From contig CAWBKB010000005.1 of the NCBI GenBank assembly GCA_963789265.1, positions 544,001 to 608,000 of the forward strand: a stretch of 64,000 nucleotides of DNA. Direction: 5' to 3'. The notes beneath the pieces are model-generated. The model made no database searches, was not told the origin of the DNA, and saw nothing but the letters and a program-made list of their open reading frames with translations. The DNA is from an uncultured delta proteobacterium (lineage in GTDB: Bacteria > Desulfobacterota > Desulfomonilia > Desulfomonilales > Desulfomonilaceae). The translations under genes and the position numbers were made by a program. Shown here in pieces: positions 20,834 through 30,718 of this stretch (position 1 is the first letter of the stretch; each line of letters begins with the position of its first letter).

Positions 20834-21607
20834 ATGAAAAGGAAGAGAATGCGGACTAGTCGGCTCCTAATGCACTTTTTGCGCTTCTATACGGCCACGC
20901 TGTGGCGCACGGCATATCATGCCACGATATCTCCCCTGGTAAGTCCAAGAAAGGCGTTGAAATTCTACGGCGAAGTACTTGATTCTCAAGATCGGTCCAA
21001 GCCTTGCCCCGTGCTGGGATCGCGAGAGGTGAAAGACGTGTTTCCTGTGGCACAGGACATAACGATTCATGGCCGTTTTCATGACGGGACCTCCCTCGGC
21101 ACTCACTCGATGCGAGAGTTGGCGGCTTTGGCAGCAGCCGTCAAATATATCGATCCGGAACGCATCTTCGAGATCGGAACGCACGTGGGCCGCACAAGTC
21201 GCATGATGTTGCTCAATGCCAAGCCGTCCTGCCATCTGTACACGTTGGATTTGCCTCCGGAAAAGTGCCAACACGAGCCTGGGCGAGACCTCAAAGGCAC
21301 TTCGGAGATGTCCCGGACGACATTCCTGTCTGGTGATTCCAAAACGTTCGATTTCACGCCCTGGAAGGGGAAGTGTGACCTTGTTTGGGTGGATGGCTCC
21401 CATGAGTATGACTATGTCAAGGCGGATTCCGAAAACGCCTTCAGTATTGTCTCTGAAGGTGGCTTGGTGCTTTGGCATGATTATCGGCATACACACACGT
21501 GGGACGGGGTAACTCGATACCTGCGTGAACTGAAAAAGAGTCGTCCCGGCCTGTTTCATTTGAACGGAACAACCATTGCCTGTCTTAAGGTCACTTCCCG
21601 GGAGTAA
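20834..21607 (+). CDS. Class I SAM-dependent methyltransferase (Methyltransf_24-like)
   Basis: IFEIGTHVG, YTLDLP, DLVWVDGSH.Y, VLWHDY. Confidence 0.85.
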   Translation: MKRKRMRTSRLLMHFLRFYTATLWRTAYHATISPLVSPRKALKFYGEVLDSQDRSKPCPVLGSREVKDVFPVAQDITIHGRFHDGTSLGTHSMRELAALAAAVKYIDPERIFEIGTHVGRTSRMMLLNAKPSCHLYTLDLPPEKCQHEPGRDLKGTSEMSRTTFLSGDSKTFDFTPWKGKCDLVWVDGSHEYDYVKADSENAFSIVSEGGLVLWHDYRHTHTWDGVTRYLRELKKSRPGLFHLNGTTIACLKVTSRE

Positions 21608-21641
21608 TCATCCCGATACGTTGCTGAACGGTGACAAGACT

Positions 21642-22364
21642 ATGGAATATAGAAAGTTAATCTATGATAGTTACGTTTCACTATGGCAGGGTGGAGCCTC
21701 GGTTTTTGACCAATCAGCCGCCCGGAGGTGGGGAGTGTCTCACAGCCGTTTTCTGAAGCGTGTGCTCCCGGAACGAAAGGATGCATCGATTCTGGATGTG
21801 GGATGCGGAGGCGGCAAATTGATCCACCTGTTCAAGTCAATGGGATACGCCAATGTCAGAGGAGTTGATGTCAGTCCGGAACAGGTGGCCCTTGCTCGGC
21901 AGGTATGCGACGATGTGAGTTTGTGTGACGCTGTCGAATACCTTGAAGCCCATAAGGGCGAATTCGATTTTATTACTGCTCTGGACATCATTGAGCATTT
22001 CAAAAAGGATGAAGTGATCGTTTTCCTGCACGCCATCAGAGATGCGTTGCGAGAAAACGGCCGTGTAGTGCTGCAAACTCCCAATTCGGCGGCGCGTGCC
22101 GGCGCGGCCATGCAGTTCCGCGATCTCACTCACGAAGTAGGTTTCACCCCAGAGTGCCTGGAAAGCGTATTACGCGTCTGCGGATTCAAGAGCTATCAGG
22201 CTTGGGAGACCGGACCTGTACCACACGGAGCGGTCTCCGCTATACGTTTCTGTTTATGGCAAACCATCAGGGCCACGTTGCTGCTCTATGATTTCGTGGA
22301 AGTGGGAGGGAACACTTTTCCTGTCTATACACGGGTGTTTCTGGCGTCAGCAGTCAAGAAATGA
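21642..22364 (+). CDS. Class I SAM-dependent methyltransferase
   Basis: ILDVGCGGG, GVDVS, DIIEH, LQTPN. Confidence 0.88.
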   Translation: MEYRKLIYDSYVSLWQGGASVFDQSAARRWGVSHSRFLKRVLPERKDASILDVGCGGGKLIHLFKSMGYANVRGVDVSPEQVALARQVCDDVSLCDAVEYLEAHKGEFDFITALDIIEHFKKDEVIVFLHAIRDALRENGRVVLQTPNSAARAGAAMQFRDLTHEVGFTPECLESVLRVCGFKSYQAWETGPVPHGAVSAIRFCLWQTIRATLLLYDFVEVGGNTFPVYTRVFLASAVKK

Positions 22365-22368
22365 GTCA

Positions 22369-23559
22369 ATGAAGAGACTAGCAGTTTTCTGCACCCATCC
22401 AATTCAGTACTTCGCGCCTATGTGGAGGATGCTTGCGTCAACTCCGGGCGTGTCCGTGCACGTGTATTACGCGTCGGATCATTCCGTTCGAGGCGCGGTA
22501 GACGAGAAATTTGGTGTGCCTCTGAAATGGGACGTTCCAGTCCTTGCAGGTTACCCGCACTCGTTCATGAATCGCAGATCGCTGCTGGAGAATCGGATTC
22601 ATTTCTTCCGACATGACCGCAAGGACGTGAATGACATCCTGAAAAAGGGCGAGTTCGACGCGGCGCTTATCTTTGCATACGATAGTCTGCTGCAATTGCG
22701 GGTACTCAGAGCCGCTAACAGGGCCAAAATACCTATCATGCTGAGAGCGGACAATCTGGACGGGACCAATCCCAAGCGGTCGCTTGCCAAGGCTACGGCA
22801 CGGCGATACATACTTAAATGGCTCTACAGGCGTATGGACGCAATGCTCGGGGTGGGCGCATACACTCAGCGTCATTATCTTGAACACGGTGTGCCTGCTG
22901 AAAGAATCTTCTTTTCACCCCACTGCGTGGACGATCAGCTCTTTGAGGAGCAACGGGCAGCGTTTGCAGGTCTGAGAGATGAAATCCGCAACAAACTCGG
23001 ATTCGGCCCAGGTGATTTCGTATTTCTGTTCGTCGGCAAAATGATTGAAATAAAGAATCCGCTGCTCCTCGCGGAGGCATTGAAGAGATTGCCCGATCTC
23101 CAACGGATGGGATTTCTGGCCGTTGGCGATGGAAAGCTGAGGGCCGCATTCGAGCATAGGACGCGAGACTGTCTGGGTGATCGGGCGGTATTCACCGGGT
23201 TCGTCAACCAGTCGGAACTCGGGCGATATTACACTTCGGCCGACGCAATGATTCTGTCGTCACGCAGCGAAACCTGGGGACTGGTGGTAAACGAGGCCCA
23301 AATTTTCGGCTTGCCTGTGATCGTCAGTGACAAGGTGGGGTGTCGTGAAGACTTGGTCATTCAGGGTGAAACCGGATACGTGTTTCCGTCAGGCGATGCC
23401 GCTGCCCTGGCCGAAGCCATGAGCCGTCTCTCCTTGGATCGTGAGAATGCTCGGCGGATGGGTGAGCAGGGGAGAAAGCTTGCTCGCAATTACAGAGTTG
23501 AAGATGCAGTGAACGGCATTGTGAAAGCTCTGGAATATGTCAAGGGATCGGAGAAGTGA
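22369..23559 (+). CDS. Glycosyltransferase family 4
   Basis: THPIQY, FLFVGK, GFVNQ, ETWGLVVNEA. Confidence 0.9.
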   Translation: MKRLAVFCTHPIQYFAPMWRMLASTPGVSVHVYYASDHSVRGAVDEKFGVPLKWDVPVLAGYPHSFMNRRSLLENRIHFFRHDRKDVNDILKKGEFDAALIFAYDSLLQLRVLRAANRAKIPIMLRADNLDGTNPKRSLAKATARRYILKWLYRRMDAMLGVGAYTQRHYLEHGVPAERIFFSPHCVDDQLFEEQRAAFAGLRDEIRNKLGFGPGDFVFLFVGKMIEIKNPLLLAEALKRLPDLQRMGFLAVGDGKLRAAFEHRTRDCLGDRAVFTGFVNQSELGRYYTSADAMILSSRSETWGLVVNEAQIFGLPVIVSDKVGCREDLVIQGETGYVFPSGDAAALAEAMSRLSLDRENARRMGEQGRKLARNYRVEDAVNGIVKALEYVKGSEK

Positions 23560-24323
23560 TCAATTTTTCAGGCATCTCAGAAAGTAATCTGCTGGGAAAG
23601 GCCCTGCGTCTCCCCTTGCGACTCATCCCCGGTAGCGCTAGAGTGCCCATTTTACAGGGCCCATTGCGTGGCCACCGGTGGATAGTCGGCGCGGGAAATC
23701 ACGGATATTGGTTGGGCACTTTTGAATTGGAAAAGCAACTTGAATTCGCTGCCGCCCTGCGTCCCGGCTTCATAGTCTTCGATATTGGGGCCCACGTTGG
23801 ATTTTACACATTACTGGCTTCGATACTCGTGGAGGACGAAGGCGGCGTCTTTAGTTTTGAGCCGTTTCCTCGGAATCTTGGCTACTTGAGAGAGCACGTC
23901 AAGATAAATCGGCGAGACAATGTCCGCATATTTGATGCCGCAGTAGGTGGAGCCGGCGGAAGGGCATTGTTCAAGCAGGGACAGGACAGCTCACGGTCCA
24001 CGGGGTATGTTTGCGCACATGGGGACTTGCATGTTCAGGTGGTTGCGCTGGACGAAATGTTTATGCAAGGACAACTTCCAGCCCCTAATGTGATTAAGAT
24101 GGACATTGAGGGTGGAGAAGTCGAGGCTCTTGAGGGGGCAAAACAAATTCTGAGATCGGCTAGACCTGTCATTTTTCTTGCCACTCATGGAGCCGAGATA
24201 AAGCAAAAATGCTGCGAAATTTTGCAAAAGGAAGGATATGCGACCAATGCCTTGAGGGATAGCTTAGGTAATGGAGATGAAATAGTCGCCTCACCAACAG
24301 AAAATTACGCTGCCCATGAATGA
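23556..24323 (+). CDS. FkbM-family methyltransferase
   Basis: FDIGAHVG, FSFEP, IKMDIEGGE. Confidence 0.9.
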   Translation: MINFSGISESNLLGKALRLPLRLIPGSARVPILQGPLRGHRWIVGAGNHGYWLGTFELEKQLEFAAALRPGFIVFDIGAHVGFYTLLASILVEDEGGVFSFEPFPRNLGYLREHVKINRRDNVRIFDAAVGGAGGRALFKQGQDSSRSTGYVCAHGDLHVQVVALDEMFMQGQLPAPNVIKMDIEGGEVEALEGAKQILRSARPVIFLATHGAEIKQKCCEILQKEGYATNALRDSLGNGDEIVASPTENYAAHE

Positions 24324-25404
24324 CGCAAAATTGAACATCCTATATGTCGGTACGGGGGACTGGGGCACGTGTAAGGCAAGGCGAGAAGCACTGGAACATC
24401 TGGGGCACAATGTTACGGTAATTAATCCTCTCACCTACTTGGGGGGAGTGCCGTCGCTTTGGTCCCGAATTGAAATGAAAATGGGATGGGGAGTGGCTAT
24501 TCGCCGCTTCAACCAAGCTATCCTGCGAGCAGCTATGCAGAAACATTTCGACTGGGCCTGGATCGACAAGGGTGTATTTGTTTTTGCAGATTCAGTCCGA
24601 CAGTTGCGAAACAGCGGTCTGTTTGTCATTCATCATCTCACCGACGACTACATGAATCCCCATAACAGAAGCCGTCACTACAACCGGGCCATACCACATT
24701 ATAATGTACATTTGACGAGCAATACGTTCAATGTGCACGAGCTTAAGGATGCCGGGGCTAAATTTCCCATCCTTACCCAGCTTGGATTCGATCCTGAATT
24801 CTGCCGCCCGGGAGGACAGCGGCCCAGACCGCGTGAAGAATACCGAACTGACGTGGTATTTGTCGGACATTGGCGGGACCACATCGACCAGTTCGTACTC
24901 CCGCTCCTCGAAGCCGGTATCAAAGTGAGATTTTGGGGACCGCGGTGGCAGGGGTCGCCTAATCGTGAAAGGCTGAAATCCTGTTGCGCATTTCGCATAG
25001 TCTCTGACGAGGAATATCCCGTGATTTTGGCGAGTGCAAAAATTGCACTATGCTTCCTTTCACGAGTCAACAGGAATACCTCGACCGGCCGGTCTTTTGA
25101 AATCCCTGCAATCGGAACGTTCATGCTCGGGGAGCGGACAAAAGAGCATGTTTCCTTTTATGAGGAAGGCAAGGAGGCGGAGTTTTTCGATTCTCCCGCG
25201 GAACTGTTGAGAAAGACGCAATATTATTTGAAAAACGATGAGATCAGAAAGCGCATTGCGGAGGCAGGAAATCGAAGAGCTTGGACTTCCGGTTATTCAT
25301 ATTTAGATAGAATAAAATCGGACGTGAAGAACATTATGCCGATTTACGAAGAGTGGGCGAGGTACCCAAAAATTGACCGGCTTGAGAGCAGATGGCCAGG
25401 CTAA
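24316..25404 (+). CDS. Glycosyltransferase (CgeB/Glyco_trans_1_2-like)
   Basis: DVVFVG, KIALCFL, RSFEIPA.G.F.L, RIAEAG. Confidence 0.8.
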   Translation: MNDAKLNILYVGTGDWGTCKARREALEHLGHNVTVINPLTYLGGVPSLWSRIEMKMGWGVAIRRFNQAILRAAMQKHFDWAWIDKGVFVFADSVRQLRNSGLFVIHHLTDDYMNPHNRSRHYNRAIPHYNVHLTSNTFNVHELKDAGAKFPILTQLGFDPEFCRPGGQRPRPREEYRTDVVFVGHWRDHIDQFVLPLLEAGIKVRFWGPRWQGSPNRERLKSCCAFRIVSDEEYPVILASAKIALCFLSRVNRNTSTGRSFEIPAIGTFMLGERTKEHVSFYEEGKEAEFFDSPAELLRKTQYYLKNDEIRKRIAEAGNRRAWTSGYSYLDRIKSDVKNIMPIYEEWARYPKIDRLESRWPG

Positions 25405-28143
25405 ATGATGAGTGTTTCTGCCGCGCATATACGGTTCACCCGAGAACAAACGAACACCCATAAAAGATATGCCACGGGGGTTCACGGGGAGTGGCTTGGT
25501 CGATCGCTGTGGCTCATTCCGCTTGGCGTCTTTGGGGGCTGTTTATGGTTTACAGCTAGTGGAGATCCCGACTACGTGGTGGGCTGGTCCGCCCTTTTGG
25601 CTTCGTTGTCCTGTTTACTTTGCATAGCTCTGGCCGGCTACAGGATCACATCGGCCGTCTTTTTTGTGGCGGCATATCATCTTATAACCTACCCGATCCC
25701 TGCTATGATGAACCTTTGTTTGGATAGACCCGCCATTAGCCCGGACCTTTGGGAAGCCACCCCTTTGGCCATGCTTGGATGCACTGTAGGGTGCTTCTCT
25801 CTTGCTTGCGGCATACTCTTTTATCGTCTATTCCGACTCTCCGGCAGCAGGGAAACCGCTGAAAATTCAAACCGAAAACCCCCACTTCCTGCCCGATACT
25901 TATGCGTGTCGTTGTGGGCCATCCTGATACCGACCCTTGCGGCCATGATGGCTCTAGGATTGTATGACGCCAGGTTCTATGAGGACGCGGAACAACTAGC
26001 TTCACGGGTGGGCCAATATAGCAATATTTTAGGGCTAACAACGACATTAAGCCACGGTGGAATATTCTTGCTGATGTTTCGATACAAGGTCACCGGGGCG
26101 AAACGCGATTTGATTCTTTGTCTTCTGCTATCAGCATTAACTGTCTCGCTAATTATTCCAACAGGATGGAGGGGCACTGCTTTTAGTTTTATTCCGTGGC
26201 TCTTTCTATTGTACGCCGTTGGAGAGACAAACAAGAAGAAGGTATTTACCATTCTTATGATTCTTGCTATTTCGCTTGCCGCTTTTTCTGGGGCTGTCCA
26301 GTCATGGAGGAGCGTTGATCAATCGGGAAAACCGATACTGGAGCGCCTGGTGGAAATCGCCGATGCATTTGTCAAACCGTCAGCTAGCAGCGACATTCAA
26401 GCATCAACCTTCGAAAAGCTGGCGGGGCGCCTGGCTGAGTACCAGGTTCCGGCAAGGATCATGGAATGGACTCCCGAAGTCATACCGTACCGGGGTGCTG
26501 AAGGCTTACAAAATGTTCCACTCATTTTTGTTCCAAAGATCATCTACCGTGACAGGATGGCATTTCTAGATACTGCCGAAATACCGGAGCGATATGGTAT
26601 TGGGAGAGTTTGGGGTGGAAGCTCGCCTGTCATGATCATTGGAGATCTTTTTAGCCGATGGGGTTGGGTTGGATTAACTTTGGGAATGGGTTTACTGGGA
26701 ATTGCTCTGACTTGGCTTGATAAGATTGTGTTAGTTGAGTGGAACACCCAGAGCATTCTCTTTTTCGCGCTTTTCTGCGAGAGAATATACAAGATTACGG
26801 ATATGTCTTTATTTGATTTAATCATGTTTCTGTCCAGAGAGTTGCTGCTGGCCTGGATCATGAGCGTATTGCTGGCCAAGATCGTGTTGGTGCTGTCCGC
26901 CAAAGGCCTGTACTCCACACTCGGTCGACCGTCGTTCAGTCGGCCTTACCTATGGGTGAAGTCCCAGAACAAGCGGACCCGTATTTTTACATTACTTGGC
27001 ATGACAATCGCTGACGACAAGGGAAAGAGTGAGTCGCATTTGACAACGAACTGTTTTGGTAACCCAGTTTATGTTTACCGAGTAGGGCAACTGGGTGATT
27101 CCCTGGTGGCACTTCCCGCTCTCCACGCAATGAAGAGGGCCATTGGGGCAACACCTTTGATCCTGATATCGGACAGAGTCCCTGGTGAGGAGTTCGTGCC
27201 GTCGTGGGACGTTTTCCGGCTCAGCGGATTATTCTCAAAAGCACTATCCTATACGGCAATGAATCGATCCTTTATTTCGTGCATACACGGATTGGCCTCA
27301 GTGGCCCGGGAAGTCCGGCGTATGGGGAAAGGTCCTTTATTTTATCTCATCAACAATGGAGCATTGACCTCCATGGTTAGAAGGCACCGGATTTTTTTCG
27401 AGAAATTCTGCGGGCTGGAGATGATTGGTCTCGATGAAGCGCTTCATCCCTATATGCACCGGGACGAGGCCGGACATTTGATTAGTTGCATTCCCGAACA
27501 TCAACGGTTGTTGCGCATCGTGAAGGAGCACTTCAAACCCTCCGGCGCGGTTGATATTCACGAGCTTCTGCCCCGCTGCTCTGACGCCGAGCGATCGATT
27601 GACCTTCATTGGGAGCAAATAGCAACAGGTCGCGGGGCCGTGGCCCTTGGGCCGGGGAGTAAAATGTCCTGCAAGAGATGGCCCATAGAGCGCTTCGAGG
27701 AGGCTGGCAAATTCTTAATTCGCGAGAAAGGTCTTTTTCCAGTAATATTTGGAGGCCGTCAAGATCGAGAGATAGGGAATTTTCTTCTGAAAAGGTGGGA
27801 AGGGATCGGCCTTAACCTCTGCGGAATCTCCATTGCAGAGTCGGCGGAAGCGATGCGCCGTTGCACGTTCTACTTGGGCAATGATACCGGGACCATGCAC
27901 TTGGCTGCCACAGTGGGTCTTACTTGCGTCGCAATATTTTCAGCACGGGATGCGCCGGGCCGATGGCATCCCATTGGAACCGGGCACGTCATTTTGAGAG
28001 AACAGGTGCCTTGTGAAGGGTGCATGCTGACGGTGTGCGACAGGCCGGTGACAGACTGCCTTGATAAGATCACGGTTCAAAAGGTGATTGCTGCCATCGA
28101 GACGCTTCCTCTCCAGGATTCAGCACTAAGGATTTCTTGTTAA
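25405..28143 (+). CDS. Wzy-like polytopic membrane domain in frame with a glycosyltransferase family 9 domain
   Basis: About 500 hydrophobic N-terminal residues with a periplasmic loop (RL...FVPK..Y); C-terminal GQLGD, GPGS...KRWP..RF, GNDTGTMHLA. Confidence 0.7.
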   Translation: MMSVSAAHIRFTREQTNTHKRYATGVHGEWLGRSLWLIPLGVFGGCLWFTASGDPDYVVGWSALLASLSCLLCIALAGYRITSAVFFVAAYHLITYPIPAMMNLCLDRPAISPDLWEATPLAMLGCTVGCFSLACGILFYRLFRLSGSRETAENSNRKPPLPARYLCVSLWAILIPTLAAMMALGLYDARFYEDAEQLASRVGQYSNILGLTTTLSHGGIFLLMFRYKVTGAKRDLILCLLLSALTVSLIIPTGWRGTAFSFIPWLFLLYAVGETNKKKVFTILMILAISLAAFSGAVQSWRSVDQSGKPILERLVEIADAFVKPSASSDIQASTFEKLAGRLAEYQVPARIMEWTPEVIPYRGAEGLQNVPLIFVPKIIYRDRMAFLDTAEIPERYGIGRVWGGSSPVMIIGDLFSRWGWVGLTLGMGLLGIALTWLDKIVLVEWNTQSILFFALFCERIYKITDMSLFDLIMFLSRELLLAWIMSVLLAKIVLVLSAKGLYSTLGRPSFSRPYLWVKSQNKRTRIFTLLGMTIADDKGKSESHLTTNCFGNPVYVYRVGQLGDSLVALPALHAMKRAIGATPLILISDRVPGEEFVPSWDVFRLSGLFSKALSYTAMNRSFISCIHGLASVAREVRRMGKGPLFYLINNGALTSMVRRHRIFFEKFCGLEMIGLDEALHPYMHRDEAGHLISCIPEHQRLLRIVKEHFKPSGAVDIHELLPRCSDAERSIDLHWEQIATGRGAVALGPGSKMSCKRWPIERFEEAGKFLIREKGLFPVIFGGRQDREIGNFLLKRWEGIGLNLCGISIAESAEAMRRCTFYLGNDTGTMHLAATVGLTCVAIFSARDAPGRWHPIGTGHVILREQVPCEGCMLTVCDRPVTDCLDKITVQKVIAAIETLPLQDSALRISC

Positions 28144-28161
28144 ATAAGATAGTTGCGTGGC

Positions 28162-29348
28162 ATGAAGATTCTCCACCTGGTTTCATACTACAAACCGGCA
28201 TGGAAGCTGGGCGGACCGGTTCATTCAGTGAGCAACCTATGCGAAGGGCTCGCTGCTCTTGGGGCAGAGGTGGAAGTATTTACCAGCAATGCTGCCGGTC
28301 AATCCAATAGGCTAGACGTTCCCATCGGTAAGCCCTCCATGGTGGATGGCGTGAGGGTCACATATCTGAGACAAACAGGACCGTGGCGATATTTCTTCGC
28401 CCCTGCTCTTCCTTTCTTGTTGAGAAAAAGGCTGCATGATTTCGATTTGGTGCATGTAACCGCTTTTTTCACATTCTTTCAAGTCGGCTCCGCTTTTATA
28501 ACGCTAGGCTCTGGCATTCCCTTGGTCCTGTCCCCTCGCGGCTCGCTCATGCCTCATGCAATGCGATGGGGCATGTTGAAAAAGAAGGCGTATCTTGGCC
28601 TGATTGAAGGCCCGATCACAAGGAGGTACGACTCGATCCACTGCACTACTGAAATGGAACGGGAATCCGTGTTGAAGTATTTTCCCGATGTGCCGACATT
28701 TGTAGTTCCAAATGGCCTTGAAATAGAGAGCTTCAAACATTTGCCGGCGCGGGGGCTCTCAGAAACAGGTTGGGTTTACCGGCCGAACGCTTCGTCTTTT
28801 TGTACCTTTCACGTATTCATCCTCTGAAGGGATTGGATCTGACGATTCGGGCCTTGTCGGCTGCGAAGAAACTTGGTTGCGATGCCGATCTGATAGTGGC
28901 AGGAAATCCCGAGCTTGGATCGTTAGAGCCTTGGACAAACCTTGTCAGAGACACTGGCTTAGGCGGAAATGTCCATTTTATCGGGCACGTTAATGGGGAT
29001 GAAAAGCTCCAGTGCCTGGTGGATGCGGACGCGTTTGTGAGGAACTCCTATTACGAAAACTTCTGCGTTGCGGTTGTGGAAGCCCTTCTCTGCGGCTTGC
29101 CATGCCTGATATCAGATCAAACTGGTCTGGCTGACTGGGTTTCGAATCGTGGTGCGGGGATAGTGGTCCCTCAGGACGAGCGCCTGATTGCCCAGGCTAT
29201 GAAGACATTGGTAGAGAATAGGACCAGATTTGCCGAACTGGCGGCAGCCGCACGTGATGACGCGAAGAAAACTTTTGACCATAAGGTTGTGGCGCGTCAG
29301 ATGCTGGAAAATTACGAGGCAATAATACGGCGGCGGCTGGAACATTGA
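28162..29348 (+). CDS. Glycosyltransferase family 4 (frameshift near 28755)
   Basis: MKILH, GGP, SPRG, VVPNG in the first ORF; LSRIHPLKG and ENFCVAVVEA in the second. Confidence 0.85.
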
Positions 29349-30718
29349 AAATAGCTCTTGTCTGCCCGGTATATCCTCCTGAGGTGATGCCCTCGGCCGT
29401 GATGATATCCGAATTGGCGCAACACGCCGCCGACCAGGGGCACGAAGTAACTGTGTTCACAACTTTTCCCAGTCTACCCGGTGGAAAAATATTTCCGGAG
29501 TTCCGGAGGCGAATCCGGCAAGTATTCCGAAGAGATGGTGTGAGAGTTGTACGTTGCTTTTCGTTTACAGTGGGACCCGAGCGAAAAGTGCAGTGGCGAG
29601 TGCTCTCGCACATCTCATTCGGCTTCATGGCCGCATCCCAACTGTTGTTCGGCAAGAGGTTTGATATCGTTGTCTGCGACGTGTTTCCCATAATCGCTGC
29701 ACCATTTATTTTGATTGCGAGCACTGTTCGGGGAACCCCTGTTATCAATTACATCCAAGACGTCTATCCCGAGTCGGCTGAGGCCGCAGGATTCGTTAAG
29801 GCCGGCAGCCTCATATCGCGAATTGCTTTGAGTGTGGATCGATGGGTGTGCAATTGTTCGGCCGTGAATGTGACCATTGATGAGTCACTCAAGAAAACTC
29901 TGGCTAGGACACGTGGTCTGAACGACGAACAACTTGAGGTTGTCCATAACTGGATTGATGGCTCCAGGATTAAACCCACGCCAAGGACTGGAGGTTGGCG
30001 GCGGGAAAACGGCATAGAGAAGGAAAAAATTCTGTTCATGTTCGCCGGAACGATGGGGCACGTCAGTGGCGTGGATATATTAATCACTGTTGCAGAAGAA
30101 TTGCAGAAGCGTAAGAGAGAAGACGTCCTCATTGTGTGCATAGGCGAAGGGCCATTGAAACCAAAGATGGTTAATGACGCTGAAAGGCTGGATCTAAGGA
30201 ACATATTGTTCCTCCCGTTCCAGCCAACGGGCAGACTCTCAGAGGTGCAGTCGGAGGGTGACGTCATGTTTCTTCCAATGCAACAAAACCATCAGGTTTC
30301 GTCGGTTCCGAGTAAGTTGATCGCCTACATGGCCGCAGGCAGACCAATACTCTGTTCCGCTCCTCTGAGTTCGACTGTGTCGCAAATTGTCATGAAGGCC
30401 GATTGTGGCCGTGTTGTTTTTCCCGCTGTCGCCTCTGCTATCGCCGACACATTGGGCGAGATGGTTGAAGATGTGAAGACGCTAATGAGCAACGGGGCAA
30501 ACAGCCGGACCTTCTTTGAGAACCACTTTGATCTTGACATCGCCATGAAACGTTTCGACCGCTTGCTGTCGAGATTTAACCAGGAAGGTCTTACCGCAGG
30601 GGTTCGCAGTGCGGCGCGAGGACAGAATTCGCGTCTGTGGCATGATGCCGGAGTCCTCGGAAACGATCAAAAACTTCCAGCATCCGCCTCGGTCGAGCAT
30701 AGGGGGGAGAATTCTTGA
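29345..30718 (+). CDS. Glycosyltransferase family 4 (WcaI/WbuB-like)
   Basis: YPPE, QDVYPE, FAGTMG, PSKLIAYMAAGRP. Confidence 0.88.
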   Translation: MKIALVCPVYPPEVMPSAVMISELAQHAADQGHEVTVFTTFPSLPGGKIFPEFRRRIRQVFRRDGVRVVRCFSFTVGPERKVQWRVLSHISFGFMAASQLLFGKRFDIVVCDVFPIIAAPFILIASTVRGTPVINYIQDVYPESAEAAGFVKAGSLISRIALSVDRWVCNCSAVNVTIDESLKKTLARTRGLNDEQLEVVHNWIDGSRIKPTPRTGGWRRENGIEKEKILFMFAGTMGHVSGVDILITVAEELQKRKREDVLIVCIGEGPLKPKMVNDAERLDLRNILFLPFQPTGRLSEVQSEGDVMFLPMQQNHQVSSVPSKLIAYMAAGRPILCSAPLSSTVSQIVMKADCGRVVFPAVASAIADTLGEMVEDVKTLMSNGANSRTFFENHFDLDIAMKRFDRLLSRFNQEGLTAGVRSAARGQNSRLWHDAGVLGNDQKLPASASVEHRGENS

